A stretch of DNA of 32,000 nucleotides from Breznakia blatticola (GTDB lineage Bacteria; Bacillota_I; Bacilli_A; Erysipelotrichales; Erysipelotrichaceae). Shown here in pieces: positions 31,337 to 32,000 of the stretch. Made by a program: the position numbers and the translations under genes. The notes under the pieces are model-generated. The model ran no database searches, was not told the origin of the DNA, and saw only the letters and a program-made list of their open reading frames with translations. The stretch covers positions 30,001-62,000 of the forward strand of contig NZ_SODD01000007.1 of assembly GCF_004365815.1 (NCBI RefSeq), given 5' to 3'. Each line of letters opens with the position of its first letter. The stretch's first letter is position 1.

Positions 31337-32000
31337 TGTTTGGATAGTGCTTTTTGTGCTTCTTTATAACGTAAGGTTCCGTCGTTGCGAATCGATGATA
31401 GAAACTCTGTGCTATAAGGAAGCAGTTGACCCATGACAATCATAACTTTCCATCGATAGACAGGATCTTTACTATTGTAATAGGTTGCTTCAATGATTTT
31501 GAAGACAATTTCATCACTGAAGTCATTGTTGTAAAGTAAGTAACCAATTGCAATAATTGCTTCGCGTTGTACTTTACGGGGTTTAATAACCAATGCGTTA
31601 AGTAAATCGGGTAATACTTCAATATCCATACGACCAAGTGTTCTAGCAATAAGATCACGAGGTAAAGGATATGAATTCTTCTTTGTGATTCGCTTTGGCA
31701 ATGTTGTATATTGCTTATTTGGAATCACTGCTAAGTAGTCAATTAGTAAGCCAACTTGCTGTGTAGCATTTTGCAAAGACTTACAAATTTCCATACGTGT
31801 ATACAATGCTTTTTCAATAGTTAAACGTTGAAGTAATAACTTACAAATTTCTTCTTCATTAGCAAACAAGGAAAGGTGTTTTGCGGCAATCGTACGTTTG
31901 ATTGCTTGTTTATCGTTAAGATTAACAATCGATGTTTCTTTTTCTCGCTTGTTTGGGTAAATATCGAAATGCTCGATAAACCCACGGCTTTCTAATTGTG
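31309..32000 (-). CDS. HEAT/armadillo-like helical repeat protein, 5'-truncated by the window edge
   Basis: I translated the minus-strand frame upstream of the TTG at 31869 and it stays open to position 32000 (...QLESRGFIEHFDIYPNKREKETSIVNLNDKQAIKRTIAAKHLS-LFANEEE...). Repeated helical units (RDLIARTLGRMDIEVLPDLLNAL, REAIIAIGYLL) suggest HEAT-like repeats. The product call is weak. Confidence 0.5.
   Translation of the reverse strand, partial: QLESRGFIEHFDIYPNKREKETSIVNLNDKQAIKRTIAAKHLSLFANEEEICKLLLQRLTIEKALYTRMEICKSLQNATQQVGLLIDYLAVIPNKQYTTLPKRITKKNSYPLPRDLIARTLGRMDIEVLPDLLNALVIKPRKVQREAIIAIGYLLYNNDFSDEIVFKIIEATYYNSKDPVYRWKVMIVMGQLLPYSTEFLSSIRNDGTLRYKEAQKALSKQKEISTDEL

Overview
This is an AT-rich chromosomal window with Bacillota (Firmicutes) hallmarks. 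It has GGAGG-type ribosome-binding sites, TTGACA/TATAAT sigma-A promoters, hairpin plus T-run terminators and a T-box leader. It also carries the Bacillus/Clostridium-type ecfA1-ecfA2-ecfT-truA ... rplM-rpsI cluster. A finer taxonomic call cannot be verified from the sequence alone. Nearly all genes are on the + strand; only three are on the minus strand.

Content in order:
- 1-645: the tail of an unknown CDS, then a membrane-anchored RraB-like protein.
- 751-3932: ECF transporter energizing module and truA.
- 3919-5469: a PHP-family phosphatase and a SIS-domain gene, inserted before rplM-rpsI (5604-6457).
- 6612-10772: a DUF4230-like protein, a flavodoxin/4Fe-4S protein, a membrane-tethered XRE regulator, diaminopimelate dehydrogenase and a DNA-alkyl methyltransferase.
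- 10896-13019: a FtsX-type permease and ABC ATPase pair.
- 13262-14566: three small orphan genes.
- 14715-22925: a T-box leader with an apparent Arg (CGC) specifier, followed by a complete seven-gene argG-argH-argC-argJ-argB-argD-argF operon.
- 23045-23121: a solitary tRNA-Glu.
- 23255-25502: an MFS exporter overlapping a long ArsR-type regulator.
- 25565-27327: a PadR/DUF1700/DUF4097 triad.
- 27434-27612: a free-standing tRNA-Ile(GAU)/tRNA-Ala(UGC) pair.
- 27935-31296: a three-gene lipid operon (membrane protein with an apparently degenerate M28-peptidase-like fold, cardiolipin synthase, patatin-like phospholipase).
- 31309-32000: a convergent HEAT-repeat-like gene running off the window.

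I saw no transposase, integrase, phage gene, CRISPR array, rRNA or recognisable defence-system hallmark. I do not see an unambiguous novel multi-gene system. The best leads for under-described biology are:
- the tRNA-Arg T-box control of the whole arginine pathway;
- the pseudo-peptidase/cls/patatin operon and the direct repeats upstream of it;
- the PadR-DUF1700-DUF4097 and MFS-ArsR modules;
- a promoter plus terminator-like hairpin lying immediately ahead of a CarD-like gene.

All family assignments come from motif recognition by eye, not from database searches.
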